The notes: generated by a model not told the origin, from the letters alone. Shown: positions 1 through 14,349, numbered from the stretch's first letter. The stretch is 64,000 nt of DNA from Octopus vulgaris (GCA_951406725.2 OX597826.1:61008001-61072000); one strand, 5' to 3'. Numbers and translations are program-made.

Positions 1-578
1 AAATAATCAAAGAAAATGTAGCCAACATCACATTACTTGAAAAAGTAATGGAGTATTATGGCAAATGACTTTGCGAAGAAATGTTGGCACTGCGATGAAT
101 CACGTGGTATAGAATATTCAATCAACGACGTAAATTGCTCAGAGTTTCGAAGACATTCTTTTACGATTAGCTTTTACCGTAGGATATCAGTGCATAAATT
201 TCAACTCATTTTGACGCAACAAGTAAAAATGGTAGTGAAATCACATCTAACATATTAGTTAGACCGCCATGATGGATTAGGAAAAAGCGAGAAAATTGAT
301 TTGTCAGTAGTAAGATTTGTTGTTGATTTGTTTAACTGGACGTTTTACCTCGCAGTCAGTTCGTCGTAATTTATCGAATGTTTAAATGTTGGCAACTGCA
401 TTTACAATAAAGTGTTAGTTATTTATGAGAATGGAAACCAATTGAAAAATCTAGGGAATGTTAACAACAGATAATTGAGTCTATACGCGAGGGAGAAAGA
501 GAGAGATAGAGAAAGAGAGAAAGAGAGAGAAAAATAAACAACTAGACAGACAGAGTGAGTGACAGATATATATATATA

Positions 579-643
579 TCCATCTATCTCTTTCACACTT
601 TCTTTTTATCTCTCTCCTTCACTTCTTCACTATCACTCTATAG

Positions 644-697
<54 letters not shown>

Positions 698-762
698 CTA
701 TAGAGTGGTAGTGAGGAAGTGAAGGAGAGAGATAAAAAGAAAGTGTGAAAGAGATAGATGGA
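579..762. repeat. Near-perfect 184-bp palindrome centred on a (TA)n tract
   Basis: 579-644 (tccatctatctctttcacac...ctctatagt) is the reverse complement of 697-762 with 2 mismatches; the centre 645-696 is self-complementary (TA)n. Confidence 0.95.
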
Positions 763-1169
763 GAGATACAGATAAAGATTGTATGTGACAGACAGATAGA
801 GCCAAAGGGAGATGAGGAGATTGAAAAGAGAAAGAAGAGATAGAAAGGAGAAAGAAAGAAAGAGATAGAAAGGATATAGAAGAGAGAATAAGAAAGAGAA
901 GCAATGTGAATCTAAATGTGAGTGAGAGATGGAAATCTTGGGGATAAAAAAGCAATAAGAGAAACTAAAAATTCTAAGTAAGTTGTAAATAACTATAGCT
1001 ATGTATGTGTGTGTGTGTGTATATATAAGTGCAAGCGTGTTGTTACAGATATGTGTATATTTGTGTATATTTTTGTACACATGTATGCATGTATGAATTA
1101 TGTATATTTACACATGTATTTATACACGCACATACACCGCTCAGGCACACACACAAAAACACACGTATT

Positions 1170-1212
<43 letters not shown>

Positions 1213-1399
1213 ATATATTCATCCATACAAATCAAGTAACATATGTTAAAGTAAGAAGTACTCGATATAAGAGTTATAGAATTTAAATATTTGTGTATTA
1301 ATAAAAAGCCGTTGTTCTGTACGGTTTCCTTGGAGTTCCATGGTATTCGGTTTTGATCTAGCATCAAACCTGTGGATGGCATCAATTAATTGATGAGCA

Positions 1400-1850
1400 G
1401 ATAGCATCTCGAAAGAGTCCAGAAGCTGGCTACCCGCATGGTTCATGGTCTCAAAAATTTGTCCTACGAAGAAAGGCTGAGGACGCTCGACCTTTATTCT
1501 CTTGAAAACGCCGCCGCCGTGGTGATCTCATTTCGCCCACAACATCATAAGCGGAAAGTGTAACCTCTCGAAAGAGCTGTTCTTCACTCCTGCTCCAGAG
1601 CGTCGGCTGCGGGGTCATTCCGAAAAGCTCTACCTGCGACGATTTCATCTCAATCGAAGGAGAGGAGCTTTCTCCGTCCGGGTTGCGGATCCGTGGAACA
1701 AGCTGCCAGACGAGATGGTGAAGATGCCGACGACCGCTTTGTTCAAAGCCTCCCTGGACCTCAAGTGGCCTGAACTCTTTACATGAACACCACCCTGTAC
1801 TTAACTCCATGTCCCCCTACATGGCCTTGCTATTTGCTTTTGAGCCAAAT

Positions 1851-1887
<37 letters not shown>
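1400..1887 (+). mobile_element. CR1-clade LINE 3' end with (TAAC)n tail
   Basis: Translates HLERVQKLATRMVHGLKNLSYEERLRTLDLYSLE..RRRGDLI and later RVADPWNKLP, typical of the CR1 ORF2 C-terminus; ends in (aact)n; the same family occurs at 44652-44912. Confidence 0.9.
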
Positions 1888-1989
1888 TATTCCTGAGTAG
1901 AACAGTTAAAGCGCAATGGGAAGAATTTAATTAGTAAAGATGACAAAATATTGAGAAAAGAAGATAACGATAGATTATTACGCAGGTTA

Positions 1990-2530
1990 TGTCCCTTGCA
2001 AAAAATTTTCACCCGTGAAATTTCCCCGTTGTATTTCGTATTAAATATTCCAAAATGAAGAGATAAAATTATAAAATCTCGCTTTGGATTTCTTTGTGGT
2101 CTGCCAAATATCTTGTGTTATGGGGTGGAATCAAGGACACAACTCTTTCAGTTCACTTCTGCTATATATATTAGTCTCTGCATTACAGAATCCATTCACG
2201 TTTTCAAGTGCTGTGTTTTCCACATGAATAATTATTATCTATATACGGGCTGCAATATCCTTCATATCAACAATGCCGCTAAGCGTTTCTTTTAGTTTAT
2301 GTCTGTTAAATAGCTTTCTATAACTATGACTAGAAGACAAATGTTTACCAGTTTAATCTGAGTAAATTATATGCCACCTTGCCTTTAACTTTTAGTAAAG
2401 AATGTAACACTCCAAATCAGGTTTCAGCACTTTATCTATCCTTGAAATCCTTCAAATGTAATACGTCGTTTGTACAGAGAGGCTACCTTGTCAAAGACTC
2501 ATTTCACTCAACTGCATTATATAGATGCAC
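1990..2530 (+). mobile_element. Possible highly decayed Penelope-like RT remnant
   Basis: GFLCGLPNI (~2086) resembles the PLE motif LYGLPKIHK, and GYLVKDSF (~2481) resembles Y.VKDSF.F; no open frame. Confidence 0.3.
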
Positions 2531-2547
2531 GGGTGCAAATATATAGT

Positions 2548-2973
2548 TTCTTATTTCTTATTTCTTTATTACCCGCAAGGGGCTAAACATAGAGGGGACA
2601 AACAAGGACAGACAAAGAGATTAAGTCGAATACATCGACCCCAGTGCGTAACTGGTACTTAATTTATCGATCTCGAAAGGATGATAAGCAAAGTAGACCT
2701 CGGTGGAATTTGAACTCAGAGCGTATCGGCAGACGAATTACCTACTTCTTTACTACCCACAAGGGGCTAAACACTGAGAGGACAAAGAAGGACGGACAAA
2801 CGGATTAAGTTAATTATATCGAACCCAGTGCGTAACTGGTACTTAATTAATCGACCGCGAAAGGATGAAAGGCAAAGTCAACCTCGGCGGAATTTGAACT
2901 CAGAACGTAACGGCAGACGAAATACCGTTAAGCATTTCGCCCGGCGTACTAACGCTTCTGCCAGCTCGCTGCT
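2548..2973 (-). mobile_element. tRNA-derived SINE family A, partial tandem dimer
   Basis: Minus strand reads gcgagctggcagaagcgttagtacgccgggcg...gagttcaaattcc (B box)...cgaggttgactttgcctttcatcctttcg; a head-less second copy joins at ~2741; many dispersed copies in the window. Confidence 0.9.
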
Positions 2974-3371
2974 TTCCAAATATATAGTTTATAGATTTTC
3001 ATATGTGCGTGAGATTGTGCTATCTTTTATTACGTGAACACATTAAAAACATTCACATACACATATATATGTGAGTGTGTATGTGCGCGCGCGTATGTGT
3101 AATGTATATAGTAAAAATGTGATAAGAATTTACAATCAAATCAAAAATAAATTCTGGATAAATTGATAAGACAATAATCTTTAAAGTTAAACTATAACTC
3201 AAGGGAATCATTTAGAGTGAATATTCCCCGTTAAACTTTCTTTCTTGAACTGTTCAAAATTCTATAGTTTTTGTCAGTATTTTTTTATGTTGAACATAAC
3301 TGATGAAGGAAAATATATTTGTATAAGTAAAAACATTTTGAATGATTAAGAGTGATTAGCTAGATATAGTC

Positions 3372-3450
<79 letters not shown>

Positions 3451-3497
3451 ATTATTAGAGACAAAACCACCCTGTAAATTTATTCCCTATTATTTAT

Positions 3498-3539
<42 letters not shown>

Positions 3540-3642
3540 AATTCGGGGTGAGTACTTGATAATTATAAGCACCTGTGTATACCGTTTGGTGGTGTAGGTG
3601 GTGGAGTAAATTGATCAAAATAAAAACATGATGCCAAGGATT

Positions 3643-3724
3643 CAGTGGTACATATGTTTCGGGCCTTTATTAGACAGATTTATAACAATGCATAATGTAT
3701 GTCTGTGGCCTTCTTCAGCCGCGC
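3643..3724 (-). ncRNA. Minimal type I hammerhead ribozyme motif in a pLTR-like repeat (repeat spans ~3541-3740)
   Basis: Minus strand: gcgg CTGAAGA aggcc [long hairpin containing acaga/tctgt] aggccc GAAA catatg TA ccac; helix III region ACATATGT is palindromic; helices I and II are imperfect. Confidence 0.7.
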
Positions 3725-3749
3725 ACAACAACTTCCACAAGACTTGATA

Positions 3750-4288
3750 TTTTGGGAGACCCGCAACAAGCGGAACTGAGGAAAATATCGCAGATGTGCA
3801 TGCAGCTGTCAGGGGAAATCTTCGAATCACCATCCGTGAGTTACTAGATTAGTTACGGTTCAGTTCAGTCCATTATCACTGAAGATTTGGGTATGAGACG
3901 CGTGTCTGCCAAGTTTGTGTCAAAACCGCTTTCAGTTGACCAAAAGGACACTCGGGTTTCAATTGCACCATATCTTGAGTGTGTCGAGAACGAGGAAAAC
4001 GGTTTGAAACCTTTGCGCATGCTTCTGAGCAGGTATCGCTAAGCTTGTGGAAAAATTTGATGCAAGTACTCTGCTCGGCTTCCTCTCTCGTGGTCAAAAC
4101 GACGACAACACGTTACACACCTTCCTTCCGAGCACTGCTGTAAGTAGTGGAAGTGAGCTAGAACGTTAAAACTTAGTGCACGTACGCATCAGAGGGTAAT
4201 GTCAATCTGTGTCGAGTGGCTTTACCCTGCGTGCTTTAGCTTTATTACTATGGCAAGAGGCCGGATACTTGTTGATCAGACCAGGTAT
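3750..4288. mobile_element. Mariner transposon remnant with internal inversion
   Basis: Plus strand 3750-4010: GRPATSGTEENIADVHAAVRGNLRITIREL...ITEDLGMRRVSAKFV..LSVDQK. Minus strand 4010-4100: N-terminal EQSTCIKFFHKL. TIR-like ggtctgatcaacaagtatccgg on minus at ~4261-4285. Confidence 0.85.
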
Positions 4289-4419
4289 GAACCTCTTATA
4301 TCTCACAAGAAGAGCCATCTTTTTTGAACTGAACAAAAAAAAAAAAAGAGGGAATCCATAAAAAAAAAGGGCAATTACGAGAGGGTATCCACGAGATTCT
4401 AATATTTGATTTTTGTATG

Positions 4420-4433
4420 GTTGCCATAGAAAC
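4420..4433. promoter_or_regulatory. Candidate RFX X-box motif
   Basis: GTTGCCATAGAAAC resembles the RFX pseudo-palindrome GTTGCCATGGMAAC and lies in unique sequence; function unproven. Confidence 0.3.
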
Positions 4434-4636
4434 GCTTCTTCACAAAATGATATTGCTGAAGACGTACGGGAGAAAAACTCGTAAACACCCGTATCAATAA
4501 TCAGTGCTCAATAACATGAAAAATATAAAACAAGCCAAAATTACGCATAAGAATAAAGGGCTACAGTTCAGATCAGATCTCTTTTCCTTATCGATACCAA
4601 AGCAACAGATATCAGAAGTCCATGTTCTCGAGCTGA

Positions 4637-5650
<1,014 letters not shown>

Positions 5651-6011
5651 AAGAGTATTTACCGCATCGATATATATTGATAACATTCGTCAGGAAAAAA
5701 TATTCAGTTATGAAGTCATACTGTGAGTTATCTCCCTTGAGGCTCTTTCAGGGGTTTGTTTTTTTTAATTTTCATATTTTTTTATTATTTTCCTTTCTGT
5801 TTCCTTCGTCTCATGGTGAGTATTTACTGCAATGAACTTCAACAACACACATACACACACACACACTGCCACCACCACCGCCCACACACCAACACAGACA
5901 AAAACAAACACGGACTCATATATACAAACACATACAGATTCTCAACACATATTTTTATACATCTAATCATATCTGCGTCTCTCCAGTTAGACACACTAAT
6001 ATAGTTATATA

Positions 6012-6104
<93 letters not shown>

Positions 6105-6384
6105 TACATATATATCCGTATTTGTGTATTGGCATCCGTGTGTGTGGTTATGTATAGAAATGTTCATGGTTGCTTTTCTGTGCGTGTGTATGTACGATTT
6201 GCTTGTGTATTCAACTAAGGAATAAGATCTCACATATACAGACACAGATATTGGCACACACATACACGTATAGTAACACAAAAAGAGGCATATGTTCACA
6301 CACAACCAGGTGTGCAGGTCGGTGTGTATATGCATGTATGTATGTATGTATGTATGTATGTATGTATGTATGTATGTATGTATG

Positions 6385-6418
<34 letters not shown>

Positions 6419-6603
6419 TGTATGTATGTATGTATGTATGTATGTATGTGTACAAGGTTGAAAACGAACACGAGTTGATATGTATAAGGAAAATAAGATA
6501 AGATGTATATATATATATGTGTGTGTGTGTGTATACTTATATATTCTTGTAAAATATATATACATAAACATATATATGTGTGTGTATGTGTGTGTGTTGA
6601 CAA

Positions 6604-6676
<73 letters not shown>

Positions 6677-6823
6677 CAGATAGATAGAAAGAAAGATATA
6701 CATGTATATATACCTACATACATATACATACACACATACACACACACACACATACACGCATGTTTATTATTGAATCAGACCAAAGGGGTATGCAGGAATG
6801 TAAATACGATTTATAAATTTACA

Positions 6824-6989
6824 GAAGATATGAGCTACATTTTGTACTGTGGGTGTTTTGGAGTGTCAAGCGATTTCAGTTTGCATCGAAACCGAATGAG
6901 ATGAAACAAAGCATTTGCCTACATTTGTCCTAATGTATTCAATTACATTCAATTACAAATCATAATGTTGGGTAAGAAATTGTACATAT

Positions 6990-7056
<67 letters not shown>

Positions 7057-7143
7057 CAGAGAGACAGACAGACAGACAGACAGAGAGACAGAGACAGACA
7101 GACAGACAGGCAGGCAGGCAGACAGACAGACAGACAGACAGAC

Positions 7144-7227
<84 letters not shown>

Positions 7228-7385
7228 GTACAAGTTCTTATCCAACATTATATGTAATTGAATGTAATTGAATTCATTTGGACAATTGTAAAGAAGTAAT
7301 TTGTTTCATCTCACTCGGTTTCGATTCAAGTTGAAATCGCTTGACACACCAAACATCCATAGTGCAAAATATAGCTCATATCTTC
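6824..7385. repeat. Inverted repeat with ~160-bp arms around a (TA)/(GA)/(GACA)/(GATA) microsatellite core
   Basis: 6824-6987 (gaagatatgagctac...aattgtacat) aligns with the reverse complement of 7226-7385, roughly 85% by eye. Confidence 0.9.
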
Positions 7386-7667
7386 ATTAAATTAATCAGT
7401 TTTATCTGTATAATTATTACTTCCACCAACTCGCTTAGTAAATGTTTTATCATTCGTACTTGTACCACCGTTTGCTCGTTAACTTCAACCAATATAATTA
7501 AGAATAACTGCATACTCTTGGACCCATATTTATGAAGATCTGCTTCTTCTCTCCGAAAAAGTCTACTTTATATTATGTACACTTCATTTTAATTGGCCTG
7601 GAGACCTTTGATATGTGGATCTTAAGTTATAGCTTTACTTTAAAGATCGTTGTCTTATCAGTATGTA

Positions 7668-7990
7668 GATATCGTCTGTCTTTATGTTCTGAGTTCAAAT
7701 TCCACCGAGGTCGACTTTAGCTTTCATCCTTTCGGGATCGATAAATTAAGTACCAATTGTGTACTGGGGTCGATCTAATCGAGTGGCCTCCTTCCGCAAA
7801 ATTTCGGTTCTTGTGCCTAGTGTAGAAAAGAATATGTAAATTTCGTCTATCTTTATGTTCTGAGTTCAAATTCCGCCGAGGTCAACTTTGCATTTCATCC
7901 TCTCGAAATCGATAAATTAAGTACTAGTTGCGTACTGGAGTCGATCAAATCCTACAAAAGTTCAGGCCTTGTGCCTAGATTAGAAAAGTA
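7668..7990 (+). mobile_element. SINE family A, two head-less tandem copies
   Basis: Two copies of tcgtct.tctttatgttctgagttcaaattcc.ccgaggtc.actttg/a...gtgcctag..tagaaaag. Confidence 0.85.
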
Positions 7991-8414
7991 TATGTAGATC
8001 TTTAATATGTAGAACTTTAATATGTGCATGTTTGTGTATGTGTTGATAGTGCCAGTAGTCGTATGTGATTTTTACGTTTTATAAATGGATTGAAACGAAA
8101 CAATAGACCCTTAAGTAACTTGCATAACTTCATAGGTAGTAATTAGTATATACATACTTTTCGTTATACATTGAGACGTCTTCAAAATATGAATGGGAAC
8201 TAAACCCCTTATGAGCGAGAAACCCAAGTTAACCCCTTAAACTGGCCCCCATTATGATATTAACTGCACTACACCTCAGTGTGCTTCTCACCCGGATTTA
8301 TGTATTTTCTCCATACGATATATACATATATAAGCATATGTATAAATATTTTTTTTCTCTATTTCAGCTGTGACCATGCTGGGGCACCGCCATTTATATA
8401 TATTTATCTATCTA

Positions 8415-8464
<50 letters not shown>

Positions 8465-8734
8465 TATATACCTTCCTAGATATAAGTATATATATATACA
8501 TATATACATATGTATTATATATACATGTATATATATGCATACACACTTAAATACATATATATATACATATATATAAATATATATATATATACCAACGCAG
8601 ATATCAAAGAAACATCCTAACATCCCATATCATCATTTATTGTATAAAGGAAACTGTGTGCTTTGACGTGGGTAATGTTTCTCGATGGTGGTGGTGGCAT
8701 TCTGGTTTGTTACCGCTTATTTTTCAATGAGTCG

Positions 8735-9495
8735 TGTGGCTGGCTGGTTGGTTGATTGGTTGGTTGGTTGGTTGGCTGGTTGGTTGGTTGGTTGGTTGGT
8801 TGATTGGTTGGCTGGTTGGCAGGTTGGTTAGTTGGCTGGTTGGTTGATTGGTTGGATGGCTGGTAGGTTGGTTGGTTGGTTGGTTGGTAGGTTAGTTGGT
8901 TGGTGGTGGTTGGTTGGTTGGTTGGTTGGTTGGTTGGTTGGTTGGTTGGCTGGTTGGTTGATTGGTTGGATGGCTGGTAGGTTGGCAGGCTGGTTGGTTG
9001 GTTGGTTGGTTGGTTGGTTGGTTGGTTGGTTGTTTGGTTGGCGGTTGGTTGGTTGGTTGCTTAGTTGCTTGGTTACTTGCTTGATTGATTGGTTGCTTGA
9101 TTGGTAAGTTGACTGCTTGGTTGCTTAATTGGTTGGTTGATTAGCTGGCTGGTTAGTTGGCTGCTTGGCTGCTTGGCTGGTTTGTGGTTGGCTTGTTGGT
9201 TGGTTGGTTGGTTGGTTGGTTGGTTGGTTGGTTGGTTGGTTGGTTGGCTGGCTGGTTGGTTGGTTGGTTGGTTGGTTGGTTGGTTGGTTGGTTGGTTGGT
9301 TGGTTGGGCTGGTGGTTGGTCGGTTGGTTGGTCGAGCGGATGGTCGGTTGGTCGGTTGGTTAGTTAGTTCGCTCGTTGGTTGGTCAGGTGTTTATTTTTT
9401 TAGTTGCATTGTTGGCTGTTAGTTGACTGATTTCTTGGTTGTTGGTTGCTTGCTTGCTTGTTTGCTTGGCTTTTTGCTTACTTGCTTGGTTACTC
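8735..9495 (+). repeat. (GGTT)n/(GGCT)n microsatellite, ~750 bp
   Basis: Long imperfect ttgg tandem. Confidence 0.95.
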
Positions 9496-9723
9496 GCATA
9501 CTTCAGTGTTTCAATGGTTTTTATCTTTAAGATTTAGACTTGTTTACTGCGCGAAATCAAATTTTGAATATTGATCAAAATAAAAAAAAAAGAATTGTCC
9601 TTTGCTTAAGGTGTGTGTTTGCGATTTTGTTTGACCATCAATCGTTTGAGATTTCGCAGTTTCATTTTCGTTTTAGTGCATCTGATGGGAAAAAGGTACC
9701 AGAGTCATCTTTATGTTCTAGGT

Positions 9724-9857
9724 CAGTGGTTCTCAACCAGGGTCCATATGGCCCCTGAGGATCAATATAAGGTTTGTGGGGGTGGGGGTCCACTAGAATA
9801 AAATAGTAACCAAATGGGTCCATAGATAAAACAAAAAACAATGGTTGAGAACACATG
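9724..9857. mobile_element. hAT (Charlie-type) MITE
   Basis: TIRs cagtggttctcaacca / tggttgagaacacatg; 8-bp TSD ttctaggt / ttctagat matches the NTCTAGAN Charlie preference. Confidence 0.85.
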
Positions 9858-10099
9858 TTCTAGATGGAAAGTGATAATATTTTTCTTCCTCTATTTGTGT
9901 GTAGTCTTTTAATAATTTATTTCTGTTGTCTCGGCTTTTGGTGACATTTGACATCAGGTTCTCAACCTATTTTATCAGGTTCACTAAATCCGTTGCGTAA
10001 CTGGGTTTTCTTTTCTTTTTCTATTTTATACTATTCCATCACAAACAAAGCTTAAAGACACTGTAACGTAAAGAACAACAGAGAAAGGAAATGATAGGC

Positions 10100-10620
10100 T
10101 TTCGAATTCAAAAGTTGCCAATTGACAGAAAGCTCAAGGAACTAAAAGTATCATAGGTCAGGGGAAAATAAGACGATGATGAGTTCCAGACAACAGCAGT
10201 TCGTACAAAAAAGCGATTAAAATGAAATAACTTATGACTAACCGGACGTAGACTAGAGAAATGATGCGCCAAAAAAGAGAATCAAGAGACACGTTTAAAA
10301 GTTATGAAAGAGGGTCCTAGGCTAGAAAGTTCATAAGAACAGTGACCGTTGAAATACTTATCGAAAAACCAGGATGAAAATGCATTCCGATGATGTGCCA
10401 AAAGCTCCAACCTAGAAAAAGGAAGAGACCCACCGTGTTAAGAACTCTACTCTGAATTCGATCAAGCAAGTTAAGACACTCAGCTGAGGTCCAACCCGAA
10501 GATGACAGCAATATTCAATGCAAGGTGGGTTGTTTTTTTTGTTTTTTGTTGTTTTTGTTGTTTTTTTATTATCTTACGTGATATGTTTCTTTCAGAAAGG
10601 AGAGATCTGACAACAAGCAT
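10100..10620 (-). mobile_element. L2/CR1-group LINE ORF2 C-terminal remnant
   Basis: Minus strand: EYCCHL then ECLNLLDRIQSRVLNTVG, and further on F.RTAVVWNS. Confidence 0.6.
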
Positions 10621-11386
10621 TCTTTTAAATGAATGCATTACAGTGTCTATGTTGACGATTGCAATTATTGTATGAACTGTGATTCTCGTTCATGGTGGAA
10701 CTGGTTCGATCAGGATTGTATTGAACTTTCTAAAAGTGTTTTCGTTTTCGCATTGTTGTGTGAGTGAGATGCTATGATGATTAGTAGGCGATGAGAAAAG
10801 AGTTCCGAGATTGTTTACCGCATAGCTAGCCTAGGTGGAGAAGGAGATGTCCGTCGAAGAGTTGATATGAGGTTTTTGTTGAGGTAACAAAAGATACAAA
10901 TTTTTAATCCACTGAAAGACCGCCATAACGAGAAACTAGTGGCTGAGATAAAGTGAGTCACCAGCTTCAAACGAATGAATATAATCTACAGCAATCTTTC
11001 TCTCGTGTATATATATCCATGAATGATCGCACGCGCCTACGTGTGCTATGTGTATATATGCATATACGTACATACATACGTGCATATAAATATATAATTC
11101 ATTCAAATGCTCAATTCGTGTGTTTTCGTAACAGAATGTAGAGTGTTATCATGCCTCTGTGTGTATGTGCGTGTGTGTGTATATGCGTGCGAGTGTGTGA
11201 TCAGGAGTTTTAGTATAAAGTCTATCAGGTGACATACTATCGGTTTGTAAGTTGTCTCAATAAGAAGTCTGTCTGAAAGAGAGAAAACGAAGATTGAGAG
11301 ACAGAAAGATATAGAGAGATATTGATAGCGAGAGATACAGAGAGACAGACAGACATATAGATAGATAGATAAATAGGTAGACAGAC

Positions 11387-11463
<77 letters not shown>

Positions 11464-11496
11464 CATAGATACATAGATAGATACATAGATAGATAC

Positions 11497-11574
<78 letters not shown>

Positions 11575-11872
11575 TGATAGATAGATACATACATACATAC
11601 AAACATACATACAGACAGACAGAAAGAGAGAGAGAAAGAGAAAGAAAGAAAGAAAGAGAGAGAGAAAGAAATAAAGAAAGGTACAGACAGACAGACAGAC
11701 AGAGACGACTATTTTGTCTGCCTAAAGACTGTAAGTCTAGAAAAGACACAAATCGATAAATGTGCAAATATAGAGATTGATTGTATGATGATTTTGGTAT
11801 ACGTATTTATGTGTATACAGGTATGCATACATATATACATGCCTGTATAAATGTATGTGTATGCACATATGC

Positions 11873-11946
<74 letters not shown>

Positions 11947-12033
11947 ATATATTTATGCATATGTATACAAATATATATAAGTATATATATGTATATATAT
12001 ATATATATATTCATGTCAATATATCTGTGTGTA

Positions 12034-12064
<31 letters not shown>

Positions 12065-12210
12065 TACATATATACATATATATATATATAAAGATAGATA
12101 CATACATACATACATTCATACATACATAAATACATACATATATATATATATATATGCGTGTATATATGTGCGTGTGTAACTATATATGTATGTATATATA
12201 TGTATGTACG

Positions 12211-12243
<33 letters not shown>

Positions 12244-12897
12244 ATATATATATATCTATATATATACATAACGATATACAAGTGTAGGAATTTGTATATG
12301 TACACAAGTCTGTGTGCATGTGCGTGTATGTGTATGAAGGTGTGTGAGTGTAAATGCGTTTATGTGTATGTCTGCGTGTCTGTGTATGTATGTATGTATG
12401 TATGTATGTATGTATGTATGTATGTATGTATGTATGTATGTATGTATGTATGTATGTATGTATGTATGTGTGTGTGTGTCTGTGTCTGTGTGTCTGGGTC
12501 TTATGTGACTAGGTGTGTGCTTGTGTGTGTAGAAAAACAGCGAGAGCGAGAGAAAGTGAAAGTGAATGAAAGAAAGGAGAGAGATAAAGAGATAACTTTA
12601 CGAAATCGAAGGTAACGACAACACATCGTTTTTGTTGTTGTTTACTCTTCACTATTATTTAGTTACAACAGTTGCTGTTCTTGCTGCTGCTGCTGTTGCT
12701 ACTGCTGCTGCCACTACTACTACTGCTGCTGCTGCTGCTGCTACTACTGCTGCGATTGGTTGCCGCTGCTGATGCTGCTTCTGGTGCTAGAGATGCTCTT
12801 ACTTTTATCACCCTTTTGTAAATGTCATCGCATTTCTGGCAACAACAACAACAGCAACAACAGCAATAATAATAAAAATAATAATAATAGTAGTATC

Positions 12898-12938
<41 letters not shown>

Positions 12939-12978
12939 CAGCAGCAGCAGTAGTCGTTGTGGTAATGGCAATAGTAAA

Positions 12979-13009
<31 letters not shown>

Positions 13010-13033
13010 GTAATAGTAATAATAATAATAATG

Positions 13034-13102
<69 letters not shown>

Positions 13103-13237
13103 GTAATAGTAATAATAATAATGATAATAACAGCAATAATAATAACAATAATAACAACAACAACAACAATAATAATATTAATAATAATAATGCGAGTAGT
13201 AGTGGCAGCAGCAGCAGCGGTCGTTGTGGTAATGGCA

Positions 13238-13388
<151 letters not shown>

Positions 13389-13810
13389 CAACAACAGCAA
13401 TAACAACAATAAAAGAAAAATAATAATGCTTTTGCTATTGTTGTTCTGGTTCTTATTTCTGCTGCTTCTGCTTGTGCTGCTGCTGCTGCTGCCGTTCTTA
13501 TTTGGTTGTTGTTGTTGTTGTGTGTGCGTGTGTGTATGTGTGTGTATGTGAATACAGACTTCGGTGTCCGATTGACACAGTTGTTGGGAGGCAGACAACG
13601 ATGCTCTACTATTCTGTTGCTTTTGATGTAAAGCGATATAAGTTAATTGACAATTCAATAGCGCAATTTTACCCCAGTTTTCCCAAAACGTTTTCTTAGC
13701 GACGACGCTAACACACATTTACGTGCAAAGCATTGTAGAACTGTTACTATCGACTAGAAGCAACAATGCATTTATACATACATACATACATATGTATGTA
13801 GGTTTGTAGG

Positions 13811-13865
<55 letters not shown>

Positions 13866-13872
13866 GTATGTG

Positions 13873-13903
<31 letters not shown>

Positions 13904-13930
13904 ATGTGTATATATATATATGTATGTGTG

Positions 13931-13963
<33 letters not shown>

Positions 13964-14289
13964 ATGTGTATATATATATATGTATGTGTATATATATATA
14001 TATATATACATATATATGCTTGTATGTAACTATGTAATTATGTTTGTATAAATGTGTTGTTGCTTCTTGTCGATATATATATACATATATAAATATATAT
14101 ATATATATATAATATATATCTCATACGTATATGTATATATATATATATATATATATTATGTAAGGTTACCAGACACAACGACTACAAACAATAATTGTTT
14201 GACTATCAATAGCTCATACGCACATGTTTTATACGCTGTAATACTTATATAGATAGATGCCTTACCTTTAGGAACTCGTAGTGTTCATA

Positions 14290-14349
<60 letters not shown>

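Noticed and set aside
58-258. 66-aa ORF with CWHC
   Set aside because: Short, no recognisable family and no supporting exon structure.
1848-1887. (TAAC)n as an interstitial telomeric repeat
   Set aside because: It is not TTAGGG and is the 3' tail of a CR1 element.
3296-3340. CTGATGAAGG as a hammerhead core
   Set aside because: No pairing helix II or downstream GAAA; at best a decayed remnant.
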